From: Octopus bimaculoides
Taxonomy: Eukaryota
Direction of reading: 5' to 3'
Assembly (NCBI RefSeq): GCF_001194135.2
Contig: NC_068984.1
Span: 90,765,855 to 90,829,854 of the forward strand
Length of the DNA: 64,000 bases
Shown: positions 24,995-39,084 of the stretch, piece after piece
How positions within the stretch are numbered: the first letter of the stretch is position 1
Layout of the letters: the number at the start of each line of letters is the position of its first letter
Notes under the pieces: model-generated
Databases searched by the model: none
What the model was told of the DNA's origin: nothing
The model's input: only the letters and a program-made list of their open reading frames with translations
Position numbers and translations under genes: made by a program

Positions 24995-25988
24995 CATCTG
25001 CATAGTCCAAGTCCTCCAGCTTGTTCATCAGTGTCCACTGAATACCTTTCCCGGAGGTAGCGTAGGCTGTCCTGGTGACCCAGTCCAGCACAATGAGGAA
25101 CAGGAGTAGTGACAACAAACAGCCCTGTCTGACTCCCGTGTTGACCTTGAATTCCTCTGACAATCTCCCAGCATGGATGACCTGGCAAGAAAACTCCTCG
25201 TAGAGTAATCGAAAAATGCCCACGATCTTCTCTGGCACACCATAGTGTTGTAAGATGTCCCAGATTGTCTGCCTGTCTACACTGTCAAATGCTTTTTCAA
25301 AGTCGACGAAGCACACATAGAGTGACGTTTTCCATTCCAATGTCTGCTCCACGATGACTCTGAGAGTTGCAATCTGATCCGTACAAGTGTTTCTTTACAT
25401 GTATAGGGTGTTAGCCTATAGCACAAGCCCCGAATCTGAAGGGCTGATGTGTATACTTTAGTCTGACTCCTCCTCTTCAACCAAACCAGCAAGGTTGAAC
25501 CTACCAGTGGAACACATCCCCCACTGGCATATACTCTAAGGATCATAAGAGTATGCAAGCCTCCCTGCCACGTCAAGGCCACACACAGGGGGAGGACACT
25601 GATGAACAAGCTGGAGGACTTGGACTGTGCAGATGATCTCATGCTACTGTCACATCGCCTGCAAGACATGCAAGATAAGGTAGACCACTTGAGAGAAACT
25701 TCAAAGCGAGTGGGTTTGAGGATCAGCCAGGAAAAGACAAAAGTGCTGCGTATCAACAACAAGCAGGAAGAGCCAATCACAATTGAGAGAGCAACTGTGG
25801 AAGGTGTTTGTGAGTTTGTCTATCTTGGAAGCAAGATCAGCAAATCAGGTAGATCAGATGAGGACATCACTGAAAGAACCAAGAAGGCTTGGCAAGCCTT
25901 CGCTATTCTTTGGCCAATGACCGCAAAAAGTGGAAAATAACTGTTGAGGCCCTATGCTCCACAAGGGCAAAAAGATTAAGATGAAGAC
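24995..25988 (+). mobile_element. internally deleted RTE LINE with an inverted 5' half
   Basis: 24995-25593 on the minus strand (5'UTR, then TDQIATLRVIVEQ..FVDFEKAFDSV..GVRQGCLLS..LDYAD). 25594-25988 on the plus strand (LEDLDCADDLMLL...WKITVEALCSTR). A 42-nt segment is present in both halves. Confidence 0.88.
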
Positions 25989-26106
25989 GTATAAATATAC
26001 GCATAGGTACATACATATATCATGTGTTGAGAAGGGAGGATTACTGTAGTAATTCATATTTTTCTTTTTATATAATTATAATAATTATACACAAACATAT
26101 AGATAT

Positions 26107-26528
26107 NNNNNNNNNNNNNNNNNNNNNNNNNNNNNNNNNNNNNNNNNNNNNNNNNNNNNNNNNNNNNNNNNNNNNNNNNNNNNNNNNNNNNNNNNNNNNN
26201 NNNNNNNNNNNNNNNNNNNNNNNNNNNNNNNNNNNNNNNNNNNNNNNNNNNNNNNNNNNNNNNNNNNNNNNNNNNNNNNNNNNNNNNNNNNNNNNNNNNN
26301 NNNNNNNNNNNNNNNNNNNNNNNNNNNNNNNNNNNNNNNNNNNNNNNNNNNNNNNNNNNNNNNNNNNNNNNNNNNNNNNNNNNNNNNNNNNNNNNNNNNN
26401 NNNNNNNNNNNNNNNNNNNNNNNNNNNNNNNNNNNNNNNNNNNNNNNNNNNNNNNNNNNNNNNNNNNNNNNNNNNNNNNNNNNNNNNNNNNNNNNNNNNN
26501 NNNNNNNNNNNNNNNNNNNNNNNNNNNN
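26107..26528. other. assembly gap (other N runs at 23524-23591, 24953-24962, 44554-44615)
   Basis: Runs of N, mostly next to microsatellites. Confidence 1.
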
Positions 26529-26606
26529 ATTAATATAGGGACTTGACTCCATTATATTAAATTAAGTTATGTTAAATTACGCAATATATAAGAAAAATGT
26601 GGATGA

Positions 26607-26649
<43 letters not shown>

Positions 26650-28074
26650 TATTTTATGTTAAAGTGATATTACTACGCGGATATTGTTTTAATAGACTGC
26701 ATTTTTAAAATGGTGTATAATAATGCATGTATCTGTCTAACTAGGGGAATCATTTGTATATTTACTAAACCATACGGGTAATATAGGGTTAACATTATAT
26801 GTTGGAAGTTATTCAGAACAAATTCAAATAAGGAACAAAAGACCAAATGTAACCATACAAGTTGTTATTTATTGCTAAGATTATGCTTAAAATGTAATCT
26901 CAGATAAAATGCATTAATTGTAATTCTCCATGCAACAGTGTTTAGTTACTAAATTAATGAACCAACTCAATATATATCCTTATATATCATCTTTTATATA
27001 TACCTACATATTACTAAATTATTGTTATTTATCACTAAAATTATGCTTAAAATATATTTTATCTGACAGAATGCCTCAATTACATGACTATGTAATAGTG
27101 TTGAGTCAATTAACGAACCAATCAGTCATTCAGTCCTTTAAAATAATTATCCGTCTATTTATTCAGTTAATTACTTTTAATTTTATATTTAAGTTGTGAG
27201 GTGGGGGTTTATTAAGCTATAAACAGAATGAAGGGAGGTAACTCTGGGTTATTGAGGTCTATAATAATAATAATAACATACTCAAAAATTTAGGTCCATT
27301 ATTCAATCAATCAATTAATTTATTGGTTCTATAATGGGGTTGCATATAAATATGTTTGTTATTATACACAAACATATATATATATATATGTTTGTGTATA
27401 ATTATTATAATTATATAAAAAGAAAAATACGAACTACTACAGTAATTCTCCCTTCAACACATGAAATATGTACCTATGGGTATGTTTATGTGTGTGTGCG
27501 TGTGCGTGTTCCTCATATATATACCTTTTCATTCCTAAAGATAGATTATTTAAATTCCACTCTTTTGATAATTTTCTCTTTCCTCTGTATGTACTTAAAC
27601 TAATAAGAATAATATAATACACCTAATAATAATAATAATAATTGATTCCTTTGTATACATATATATATAAATGTATAGATATCTATTTATGTATATTGAT
27701 GTATCTATATGTAAAATGTGTGTATATATGTATGTACTTATAACTTAACCTTATGAACTTTCTAAACTCTCTGACAAAGCCCAGAGGCACACCCAAGTAC
27801 CTCAATCTTATCTATCAAATACTTCTGTTCACTGAAGGGATGGAAGTAAAGTGGGATACTATGACCTCTTGGCTGAAATAGCTGTAAGAAACTATTCTAC
27901 TTTCTATGTTCTACGTTATATATTTTAATAATTACTGGTATTTTTATAAATGTAAAGCATAATATGTTATACATGTATATTGTTATAATTGTTTTTTTAA
28001 AAATAAATAAATAGACATAATATAATGTCTAAAAGTTGACGATTACCACCTTGATCCCCTCCATTTTCTTCTTG

Positions 28075-28106
<32 letters not shown>

Positions 28107-29083
28107 CAGGCATATATTCCCACATATATGAACGCATGTACACACACACACACACATATATATATACACATACACATCCTCCTATCACACACCTGCACAC
28201 ATACAGGCATATGCATATCCATATAAACGAAGAGGACATGTGCATGAAAGTCGCACTTATGCACCGGACACAGTCCTACAGTCATATACATACACACATG
28301 CATACACACGCACACATATAAATTAATATATACATGCATATATACTCATATATGTACACATTCAAACAATTAAAAAGGAAAAAAAATGCGGATTCTATAC
28401 ATACACACGCACACATATAATTTAATATATACATGCATACATACTCACACACATACACATACACACAATTAAAAAGGGGGAAAAAAAGGCGGATTCTATC
28501 TGTGATCTTGAGGGGCCCAAAACTGTAACAGGTATTTTGTCATATGATCCAAAAAGTTCAGTTCTTGAATTTAGACATGTGTATATATGTATATACGGGA
28601 GTGTGAACGTATGCCTGTATATTTATATGTATAAATGTTTAAATATATATGTATGCGAGCAGACACCTACGTGTATATGAGGATGGAGTTGCGTGCACAG
28701 ATACATATATATATGTATACGTGTGCTTGGATATATGTATACATATGAGTACGTACATGCACATAGGTTTGTGTGAGTGTGTACATATGCAGACGTTATT
28801 AACAAAGGAGGTTTTATGTCTATGTATTGTGAAAATATGGTTGCATGCATTTTTTATCTTTTATTTTTTTTCTACCTATTAGAGTAACTTCCCTTTTATT
28901 TAACGGTTTTTCATAGCGTCTATTGCCATTAATAGCCGACAAGAATGGATCACAGCTCTTTTCTCCGGCATTTGAAACTGAGTGCTATAATGACAACTTA
29001 CTGATTGTCCTAAACTATACATATATAAATAATCCTCTATTTACCTAATATTGAGGTCGCATTCTTTTGTTGTCACTTTATTG

Positions 29084-29114
<31 letters not shown>

Positions 29115-29333
29115 AAATCACTTCTGACTTTGATACAAGCCACAAATTTGAAGGAATGTAACTAGTTTGATGGTCATCAACACAATATATCTATTAGAAA
29201 TATTAGGTCTTTATCTGTCACTACACTGCTGGTAAAAATATTTGTTCATCATGCATGTACCTTATTTTAATAGTAGAGGGTTATAGAGTGAAAGTCTCGT
29301 TAGTTACTATAGTGACAACAGTCTACCTATCTA

Positions 29334-29388
<55 letters not shown>

Positions 29389-30992
29389 CTCTCTCTCTCT
29401 CTCTCTCTATTTCTCTCTCAACAGCGGTTTTTTTTTCTTGAAATAAATTTTTCTTTTATCTTTCACACACACACTCTCTTTCATTGAATTTCTCTCTCAA
29501 CAACAACCTGTCATTAAAATGAGCCATTTTTTTAAAGGTATGTGTTGTCTCTATGCTGAAAAGCATACAGAAACACACTTGCACAAACAAACAACCAAAA
29601 AAAAACTATTTATATTGCTATATAATGAAAGTTATTTTTTGAAGTTGTGTTTTATTGACAAACTTGTATTTAGATTCCAATGTTTTTAATCAAAACACGT
29701 TAATCACTATGGTGACGACACTACCTATCTCTCTCTCTCTCTCTTTTTCACACACACACACACACACACACACTCTCTCTCAACAACATCTTTTTCTCCT
29801 CTTTTTCTAAAAATACATTGTGACTTGTATTTTGATCCCTCCCCTTCTTTCCCTCCATCTAATTGATGTTGTGATGCAGAGATAGATGGAGATCTGCTTC
29901 TCTTTTATAGTATGTTTATAGACATGATCTATTAAAATGTAAAGCTGAAAACAATGTTAGTTATCAATCACTAATATAATAAGTATTGTCTTTAAGCTGT
30001 TTAATATTACAGGTGCATCTCATCTTTAACAAAGTAAAAACTATATTTTTTTCTACTTTAAGCAAAACTAATTTCTTTTGTGCAAAATATCAATAGAGCA
30101 TGCTATTGTTAAATAGGGATTTGGAATTAAAAATTAATATCTGCTACAATAACAATGATATTATTCGGTATACAATTTTTATGCCTAACTTTTCTTATGC
30201 AAACTTTTCTTTTCTTGACACTAAATTAAAATTCAATATAATGTTTCTAGATTTTACTTTAAGAACAGTCAATATAGTATGTCAATTCATATTTAAAAAT
30301 CAATTTCATTTCAAATATAATTATCCATAAAAAAACATCATTTATACATTATGTAAACAGTTTCACTAGGATTATCATAGCATCCATACTGATATTTCAA
30401 CTGGTGATTGGAGTAGAATATATGAACAGATATGTGTAAAAATAAGGGTATTTTCAGTTTTTCTTAGAGTTATTGTGATAATATTTCTAGTGATCAGGTG
30501 CTGATTTGAAATTAAGCTAAAATATATTAATTCAATTAAAATATATGGCAACAGGAAGAAAAGACTAGCTAAGAAAAGGTGTTAGAAAAACCAGAGTGCA
30601 ATATCATCAGCAGTAATGTAGCAACAAGTTACTACAGGAATATCACACATACACACACATACAACTAACTATATAAGTTGGCAATCATGGCTTGATACTC
30701 CACCTGAGCAAGGGTATCTCTTCCAGCACACATGTACCAAATGGTGTCATAGTCATTTTCACTAAAGTCTCACATGGGACAGGTACATATGGGATTTCCT
30801 CTAGATGGTGGTGGTTTTGGAGATACAAAAAGGAAAAAAGGCAATACCAGAGTTAATGGTATGTATATGTAAAAGGAAATGTTTTATTGCCATGACATCA
30901 AAAGAAGCATAAAGAATGACTATATAGAACTCAGTGTGCTGACTTAGTAGATTTCTAGTGAATGAACAGATAGAGAAAGTGATATATATATA

Positions 30993-31033
<41 letters not shown>

Positions 31034-34000
31034 CACTTTCTCTATTTGTTCTTATATACATATATGCTTATATTTTTCAGTAACTTTCCATAAAAACTAA
31101 TTTTACTTTTGAATACCTCAGTACCTGGAATCAACCATTGTTTTATTGCTTCAAGATAATCTAGTAGGCATTCATGAAACAAGAAATATTTCATGACTGC
31201 CATATATACATGACTGCTATATATACATTTGTATTTTTTGTTCTGTGATGAATAAACATCTTGAGAACAAATAGCAGGCAAGTAGGTGTGATATCCAATT
31301 AAGAAAACTATGTCTTTATCATGGGAGCATATTTATGTGTTACGAATTTTTAATGAAACACATTTTAGATACAAGCCTTCAGTTTCAATGGCTGTCTGTT
31401 GCAAAAAGGACTATTTCATCATGAGTGCTGGTGATTCAGTAAAAGACATAGTTTAAAATAAAGTAGTCTATTGAAAATTCCAAACACTGGTTTTTCTGAA
31501 ATTTGTTGATATTGATAATGCTTAAATAGTTCAAGTCTTATATCTACAGCAGACTGATTTCATGCAAACTTCAAAAAAAATTTTGGAGTGTTGGTTAGCG
31601 ACAGAAATAGGAGATAATTTTAACTGCAGGTAATCCACCGATACCAATAAATTCAATGGGGTTTTGTTTTCTTGTCCTAAAAAAAATATGAGAACTGAAA
31701 AAAGAATTATTCAATTATATATGTAGTTAACTAATTGCAATCAACTTTCTTTGAACAAAATAAGAAACTTCAGAATCTTTTTTAAACTACTTTCATTTAT
31801 TTCAATTTGATTAGATTTTTATCAAGTTAACTTTTAAATGAAATTATGTAGTTTTTTAATTATGCCTAACTATATTGGAAAAAGTTTCAGAATAAAATAA
31901 AGAATTATTTAAAATCAAAAAGTATCATCCTCTGGAAAAGTAAATCAGCTTGACTAAAAAAATCCCCAAACTCCATGAATAGTGAATAAATACTATAAAC
32001 TCTGTTTGATAATTATAATTATCTTTAATAAAAAAAAAATGTTAAGTGCTCTTTAAATGGAAAACAACAATGTAATATTCTAACTAAATAGTGTAGTTGA
32101 TGGATAAATTAGTTTAGCTATCATATTAAAAGAGCCATAACTGAGGAAAAATTCTACAGAATAAACTTACTTTTAAAGATACAGAGATACAGAGAAACAT
32201 AGTATTTATTTTGCATTTGATATAATTTAATAGCAAATGAACCACATTAATGAAAGAGGTTACAAAATTAACTGTTTAATTATCATATTAAGATGTAAAA
32301 AACATTAACACATAAACTTTTAATTATTTGCAAATACATTCACAAGTTTATCCATTTTCAGTAAAAAACATCTTTAAAGCACTGACGTGAAATATTTATT
32401 TTAATTCAAAACAATCATATGAAATTTTAAAGATAAAACTGGATCTCACATTTTAATTCTGTTAAATAATATTGCTAGAATTTTAATTTAATGGTATGTA
32501 GATAATTTTTTAATTAATGAAAAAAAAAAAATCAAGAAACAAAAAAATAACTGATCTATTAATTTATATGGAAATAAATTTAAAATTCATAACACTGACA
32601 TGTTTATAAACTGAAATTGCGGAGAGGAAACTCAATTTCTAAAATTTGAATAAAATATTTAATAAACTCACATTTTAATTTGAACCAATAAAAATTTCAG
32701 TTCAAAAATTTTGTTTTATTTGACTCCCTTGTCAATTATGAAAGCATTTTAATTTAAAAAACCTGAGTGGGGGAAAATACTGGGAGGGAGGGAAAAATTA
32801 CTAGAATCAATATTTCTATCTGTTGATGATTGCTATTTTAACTCCTCATGCACATGCATCACACAAGAATATCTTGTGTGTCAATGCAGAAGTAATTAGA
32901 GTAACTCATGTCTACAGAAATTAATACTCAGAATGTAGAGTTAAAACTAAATGTTAAAAGGCATTTAGTCTATCATTTCTGCAAAGTCATCCTCATACAT
33001 GTATATGAAACTACGAACAGTGTATGAATAAGTAATCAGCAGTATGTGTTTCAGAATGCAAGATGAAAAACCAATACTTTTCAAATCATATTGATAAGGG
33101 GCAATAATATTGATTAGAGGCAATACTATAAGGTTATATTAAATGTATGTTATAACCTCAAAAATATAGAAATTTTACAAAATAGAAGAAAGATAATAAT
33201 GGAACATTTTAACTATAGTATTAAAAGTGTGCGGATTGGTATTAAAACGATTTCTTTTAAAACATTCTTATATAAATTTATCCTTTAATCAAAGTTTTAT
33301 GTAAGAAAATTTGCTTTAGCTATGCTCTAAAAAAGTCAATTATATAAGCCTATACATTAAAACAAATTACTTATTTTGCTAAATCCTTCAAAATCATCTG
33401 AAACTTATGCAGTATATTTTGTTAGAAATAAAGTTACAAATGAGTTAATGGTAAAGGTAATTACAAGTCTTCAAAATTAAAATTTAGATTTAATAATTAT
33501 TAGTAATTTTATTAAAAATTGACATTACAGCTTTTGCAAACAAATGGGAAGATTAAATTCTAGTTTTTAAAACAAGGAAAAAATTTAATTAGCTTATCAT
33601 TGAAAAGATAGTGTATATGTTGCAACCAAATGCACACTGTATCAGTAAAAATATGTTTAGAAGTGCTATGTTAAAATAAATGTAAACACATTTATCAAAG
33701 TGAAATATTTGAAATTATATAACAAGAGAAAGGATGTTATTTACAATTCCATAAAACAAAGCAAGGCAAAATGTAGTGATACTATTAGTTTAGTGAGTTG
33801 AACTTTTATCAAAGAATAATAATAAGGTTTCTGCCTATAAGAACCTGAGGAAAGGAAAGAATAGTAAAATTGCATTATCCCATTTGCTTAGCTCATAAGC
33901 AAATACCACAAAATTTGTTTATGCATTTGAATGCATATGAGACAGTGACAAGCCATATTCATTAGATAAAACTGTTGATATCAAAGAAATCTGAACATAC

Positions 34001-37000
34001 AAAATACTTTTCAGCTGTATCTACAATAGACAGTTACTAAATTATTAACAAAGTGATAATTTTTCATGAACTGCAACCCAACAAATAAAATAAAGTCAAT
34101 AAAAAAACTGTCACTTCTTATTATATCGTAGAAGAATATTTGTTACAAGATAGCATTTATACATCTATAACATAGGAGCAATCAACTGAATGATAAATTG
34201 CAACACAAACACCTATTATGATTCAAGTTTTTGCTTTAATCACCCACCTAAATAAGATATAAATTCAGATGGTTATGGTCTCACAATTACATAGCATCTC
34301 ACTTAAACCACACTTACATAAAAATATATATATATGAATTAATAATAATTATCAGAAAACCATTATTAAATTGCTAAATTTCAAACAAATGTACATCAAA
34401 TTTTATTAATATTGTTTCCACTGCGGCAATGTAACTGTTTATTTAACCTAATAAAGTTCTTTTTCATATTTGTTAATTATACTTTTTGATGAAGGTTTAA
34501 CCGCCTGTCACTATTTGCACAATAAATTCTGTTAACCCTCAAAATTTTGCTTCTTGTATAAACTATCTCTCCCCACACACTCAACATCTTATTTTTTCAC
34601 TAAGAAGTTTATTCTTTTTAAAATTATTATCACCACTTTGTGTAAGCTTGTATAATATAAATTTTCAGGTAAGTAATTTAAATTTCATATATATAATTCT
34701 TTTTTTTTTAACTCTCCACCTTTTAAATTTTAGCTATGTATCTACTTTGCAGATAATAGTAAAACAGACCAATAGATTGTAGTAAACACATTCACATACA
34801 TGTATCTTGAAGTGTGTGTTTGATCAAATAGTGATGATATTAAGTAGTGGTATTTCTTTGACGGATTTGAATAGGTCAAATAACATTGCATTACGTAGTA
34901 AATATGCTGTAAGTATTGATGCAGCATGGCTAAATGATTGATAAGCTTGCTTCATAGTTCAAGATCTTTTCAGGGTTGATCCCTCTGTGGGACATCTCAG
35001 ATTGATTCAAGCCTTACAGGTGAAATTGGATAGACAAAATCCATTAGATGGATGGTATTTGTAGTTCAAAGGTCATGCCTTGTCGTACTGTGTAACAAAT
35101 TTTACTTGAGAATTATGTTTAAGATACAAATGTCTGTGGAATATTCAACCACTTACATGCTAATTCAATGAACAGATAATTTAGTTCTCAAACAACTGAA
35201 AACTCATTACCAAAACAAATAGGGATACACTTCTTAATGAAGGCTAAGATATGAAACCATTCATATCAAATATTTCTCATGTAAATAAAGTCATTATTTG
35301 TACCATGTACAGCAAGATCAGGAATGAATATTTACATATTCATTAACACATTTAGAGAGGTTCAGATGCAAAATATGCTAGTCATTGTAGTGTACATCAT
35401 AGGAGAAGAGCTTTTCCCTATTATGATGACAATGTATTCAACACACTCGGCTCATTGGTGCACAGCATTTTGGGATACTGGTGTTTCGACAGGTTTCATC
35501 CATCAAAAGCAACCAGAACTAAGCCTAAACAAAGCCATAGCTTATTTTACACTTTCAGGTGGGCTGTGTAGTAAGAAGCTTGCTTCCCAACCACATGGTT
35601 CTGGGTTCTGCATGGTATCTTGGGCTAGTGTCTTCTACTATAGCCTCAGGCCGACCAGTCTTGTGAGTGGATTTGGTAGGCAGAAACCAAAAAAAGCCAG
35701 TTGTATACATATATATATATATATATATATATTTGTGTGTGTCTTTGTCCTACATCTCATCATTGCTTGACAACTGATGTTGGGGTGTTTACGTCCCTGT
35801 AACCTAGCGGTTCAGCAAAAGAGATCGATAGAAAAAGTACCAGGCTTACAAAGAATAAGTCCTGGGGTCGATTTCTTTGACTAAAAGGCAGTGCACCAGC
35901 ATGGCCACAGTCAAATGACAAACAAATAAAAGAAAAAATTGTTTGCTGATGGATGCTTATATTTGCCAACCAATAAAAAAAAATCATTTGCACTGTGTAC
36001 AGTGAGATCTGGAACAAATATTTGCATATTTTTTCTTAACAGGTCTAAGCAGGTTTAGACCCAAAACATGCTGGTTGCTGTAGTATATCATAAGAGAATT
36101 AACTTCTTCCTTTTATGATGACAGTGTGTTCAATATACTTGACTCATTGGCACACAGCATTCTGGGACACTAGTGTTTCAATGTATTGTCTCTTGTCATC
36201 CAAAAACAGTTGGAACTTTGAGCCTAAACAAAGTTGCTGGCTTTGTTTACACTTTCAGAGTTTGGGAATATAAATATCTGTAAGCTGAGGAATATCTGTA
36301 CATATTTTGTCAATCTTGTAAAGCTGAGCAAACAGAATACAAACCTCAACTTGTAAAATACTGAACAGCTTGCACCATTTAAAGCACCTCTCAACCAATG
36401 AGTTTTCACTTTGCTCTATAACTAATATATTAGATGTAAGTAAACCTTATTTTTACTTAACATGATCTTTTGTTAGGTATGTTGTAAGCATTAAGACTGC
36501 TAACAAATAAAAAAAGCACTAATATGATTTGTAAAAGCTGAAGAAATTAAGTAACCTATGAAGAAGTTTTTATATTGACGTACAAGAAAAGTGGTTAAAA
36601 ATATACAGGGTTTATGTAATAAGAGCAGAACTGATAACCAAGCCTGAAATATATGTTTCATTAATTTAGAGACAGAAATCAATAAGATAAGTATAAAATA
36701 ACTGATGCAAAATATCTGAAAGTTTTTTAGATGGCAGAAAAGCTAAGATAATAATAGCAAAGCAAATGCTGATGGAAGATAGTTCCACCAATAAAAGGTT
36801 GAAAATAGAAGGCAGGTAGCTAAAAAAAAAAAAGCTCTGCTAGAAAGAAAGGGAAAATAGCACAAAATAAAGTCAGCACAAATGAAATTAAGGAAAATCA
36901 CTGAAAGAGACATAATAAAAAAAAGTGCCCTGAAGGTGAGTTGTTGGTGACCAAGCTTTCTTGAAACAGAAGTAAAACATCCTTATTAATAGTCAACCGA

Positions 37001-37095
37001 GTCATTTCACATAACTGAGAATCAAATATGTTAGAAAATAATCTAAAACAAAAATGTGTGGATGATACATGCACGCGCACGCGCGCGCGTGCGCG

Positions 37096-37127
<32 letters not shown>

Positions 37128-39084
37128 GTGGGGAGAGGAAGTAGGAAAGGTTTCTTCTCGGATATTTTACTTTCTGTGATATCATTTATATAACACATTC
37201 ACTATATTTCAGAGGAGGATTCAAACTTATTGAGGTGGTTGGAATTTCTCTTACATTTCCTGAACATCAGTAAAATTTTTTTAGATACTCATTTTTTTTA
37301 GATCACCATTTTGCTTTTACTGTGGTATAACATTTTTTCTAAGAAACAAACCAATTTCGTATGCAGAGAGTAAACTACAGTGTATTACTGGCATTTTGTT
37401 AATCTTAGATTAAAAAATTAAAGTTGACCTTAGTTGAAGTATGAAGTAGGAATCATAGAATGAAATGAAACTGCTTTTAGTTCACTTCCCAAGTTACTCA
37501 ACGATTTTTAATGCTCTTTATTAGGAAGTCATTGACATTTTCAATATTTTTTACATCCTTTTATTGAACTATTTCGTATTATTAGTTTTATTAGAAACAA
37601 ATATTGAGATTGAAATATTTCAAATATTTTAAGTTGTTTCAAAATAAATATTTAACTAAATGGTACATATCAGTCTCAATAAAGAATTCCAAAAACAAAA
37701 AAAACAAAAAAAAAAATTTCTCATTTATTAGTTCTTAACTCACATATATATATCAAACATTTGTAAATGCATCTTTTTGAATTGCTTTCTCCACTTTCCT
37801 AACTCAGCTTTTCCCAAATAAATATTGACAAAAATTTAGTGAAAAATTCTAGTTGATCATTTTGTTTAAGAAAATATTGCAGCCTGATATGAATTTACAA
37901 CATTCTTGTAGCAATATAAGAATGAAATGAATGTATAAATAGACTTGTGTTCAATATTTGGCATAGCTGCATTAGCATTTAAATGACATCAATTAAAAAT
38001 GAAGGGCAAATTATCTGTATAAAGCAAGCTTGTTTTGAAACTGGACAGCAAAGCTGCCCACCACTTACCATTTATTTAGGAAAAAATACTACGAAAAGGA
38101 AAAGAACATTTATAATCATACAATATCTCAAGAAGGAATGTAATTAAATTAAGAAATTTATGACAACTAATTCCACACACAATAAAGAAAATATTTCTGC
38201 TCACCATTATTTGACATCTTCTACCATACATAATTATATATGAGAATTTATTAAGATTGAAATATGAAATTGTTCTAAGTGAAAAATCTAATGTCTTGGG
38301 TTCTTGTCCTTCACCTTACAGGAAGTGTTTTTGCTTTGGTCAGAAGCTAAATTCTTCACTTGCCACAGCAACTGCACTTCCAGATCACAACTATGGACTA
38401 AATGTACTGTTGACAGATCACCAATTTCCTTAGATTCCAAATTTAGACATACATGATATTGATTGGCATTAAGAAGGGTATTCAACCACAGAAACCATTC
38501 CAAAGCAGATACTGGAGCACAATGCAGTCCTTGAACTTGTCACATCCTGTCAAATCATCTGAGCCATGCCAGCATCGAGCAGGGGCATTAAAAAATACTC
38601 CTTTCTACTATAAGCACAAGGCTTGAAGTTTTGAGTGAGAGGCTAGTTGATTACATCAACTCCAATGCTCACTGGTATTTATTTTATCAATCCTGACAGG
38701 ATGAAAGGCAAAGTCTACCTCAGTAGAATATGGACATTAAAAAATAATTAGAATATAGCTAATCAGGAAACAGCTTTAAAGTTAGACGACCTTTTTATGG
38801 AAATTCATAATCTGGTCTTATGTATTTATATTCCGACAAAACAACTATATGGCTTCATTAATTTAGATAACACTATTTCCTATTCCTCATATCAAGAACT
38901 AAATACTCCACCATTTCCAAGATAACATACTAAATGGTCGTTTTTAACAAAGTGCATACCATATTTCTTTTCAAATTCACTATCATTTTCATTAGTTGAT
39001 ATATTACAACATTCTTTCATGTGATCTGTGAATGTGGAAGTGAGAGATGACACCACACACACACACACACAAATATGATGGCAG

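Larger units (their letters stand above)
23788..29017. repeat. 5.2-kb nested inverted-repeat (foldback-like) structure
   Basis: Outer arms ~23788-24190 and 28620-29017; inner arms ~24405-26105 and 27375-28070. TA-flanked termini tagtttagg...cctaaacta. Contains two N gaps. Confidence 0.8.

Noticed and set aside
26024-26552. ORFs of 155-169 aa
   Set aside because: They consist almost entirely of N-gap codons.
34742-34927. Minus-strand ORF initially considered as the missing SYQDL exon or a nested gene
   Set aside because: No PFKFB similarity or convincing splice sites; the true exon is at 46982-47023.
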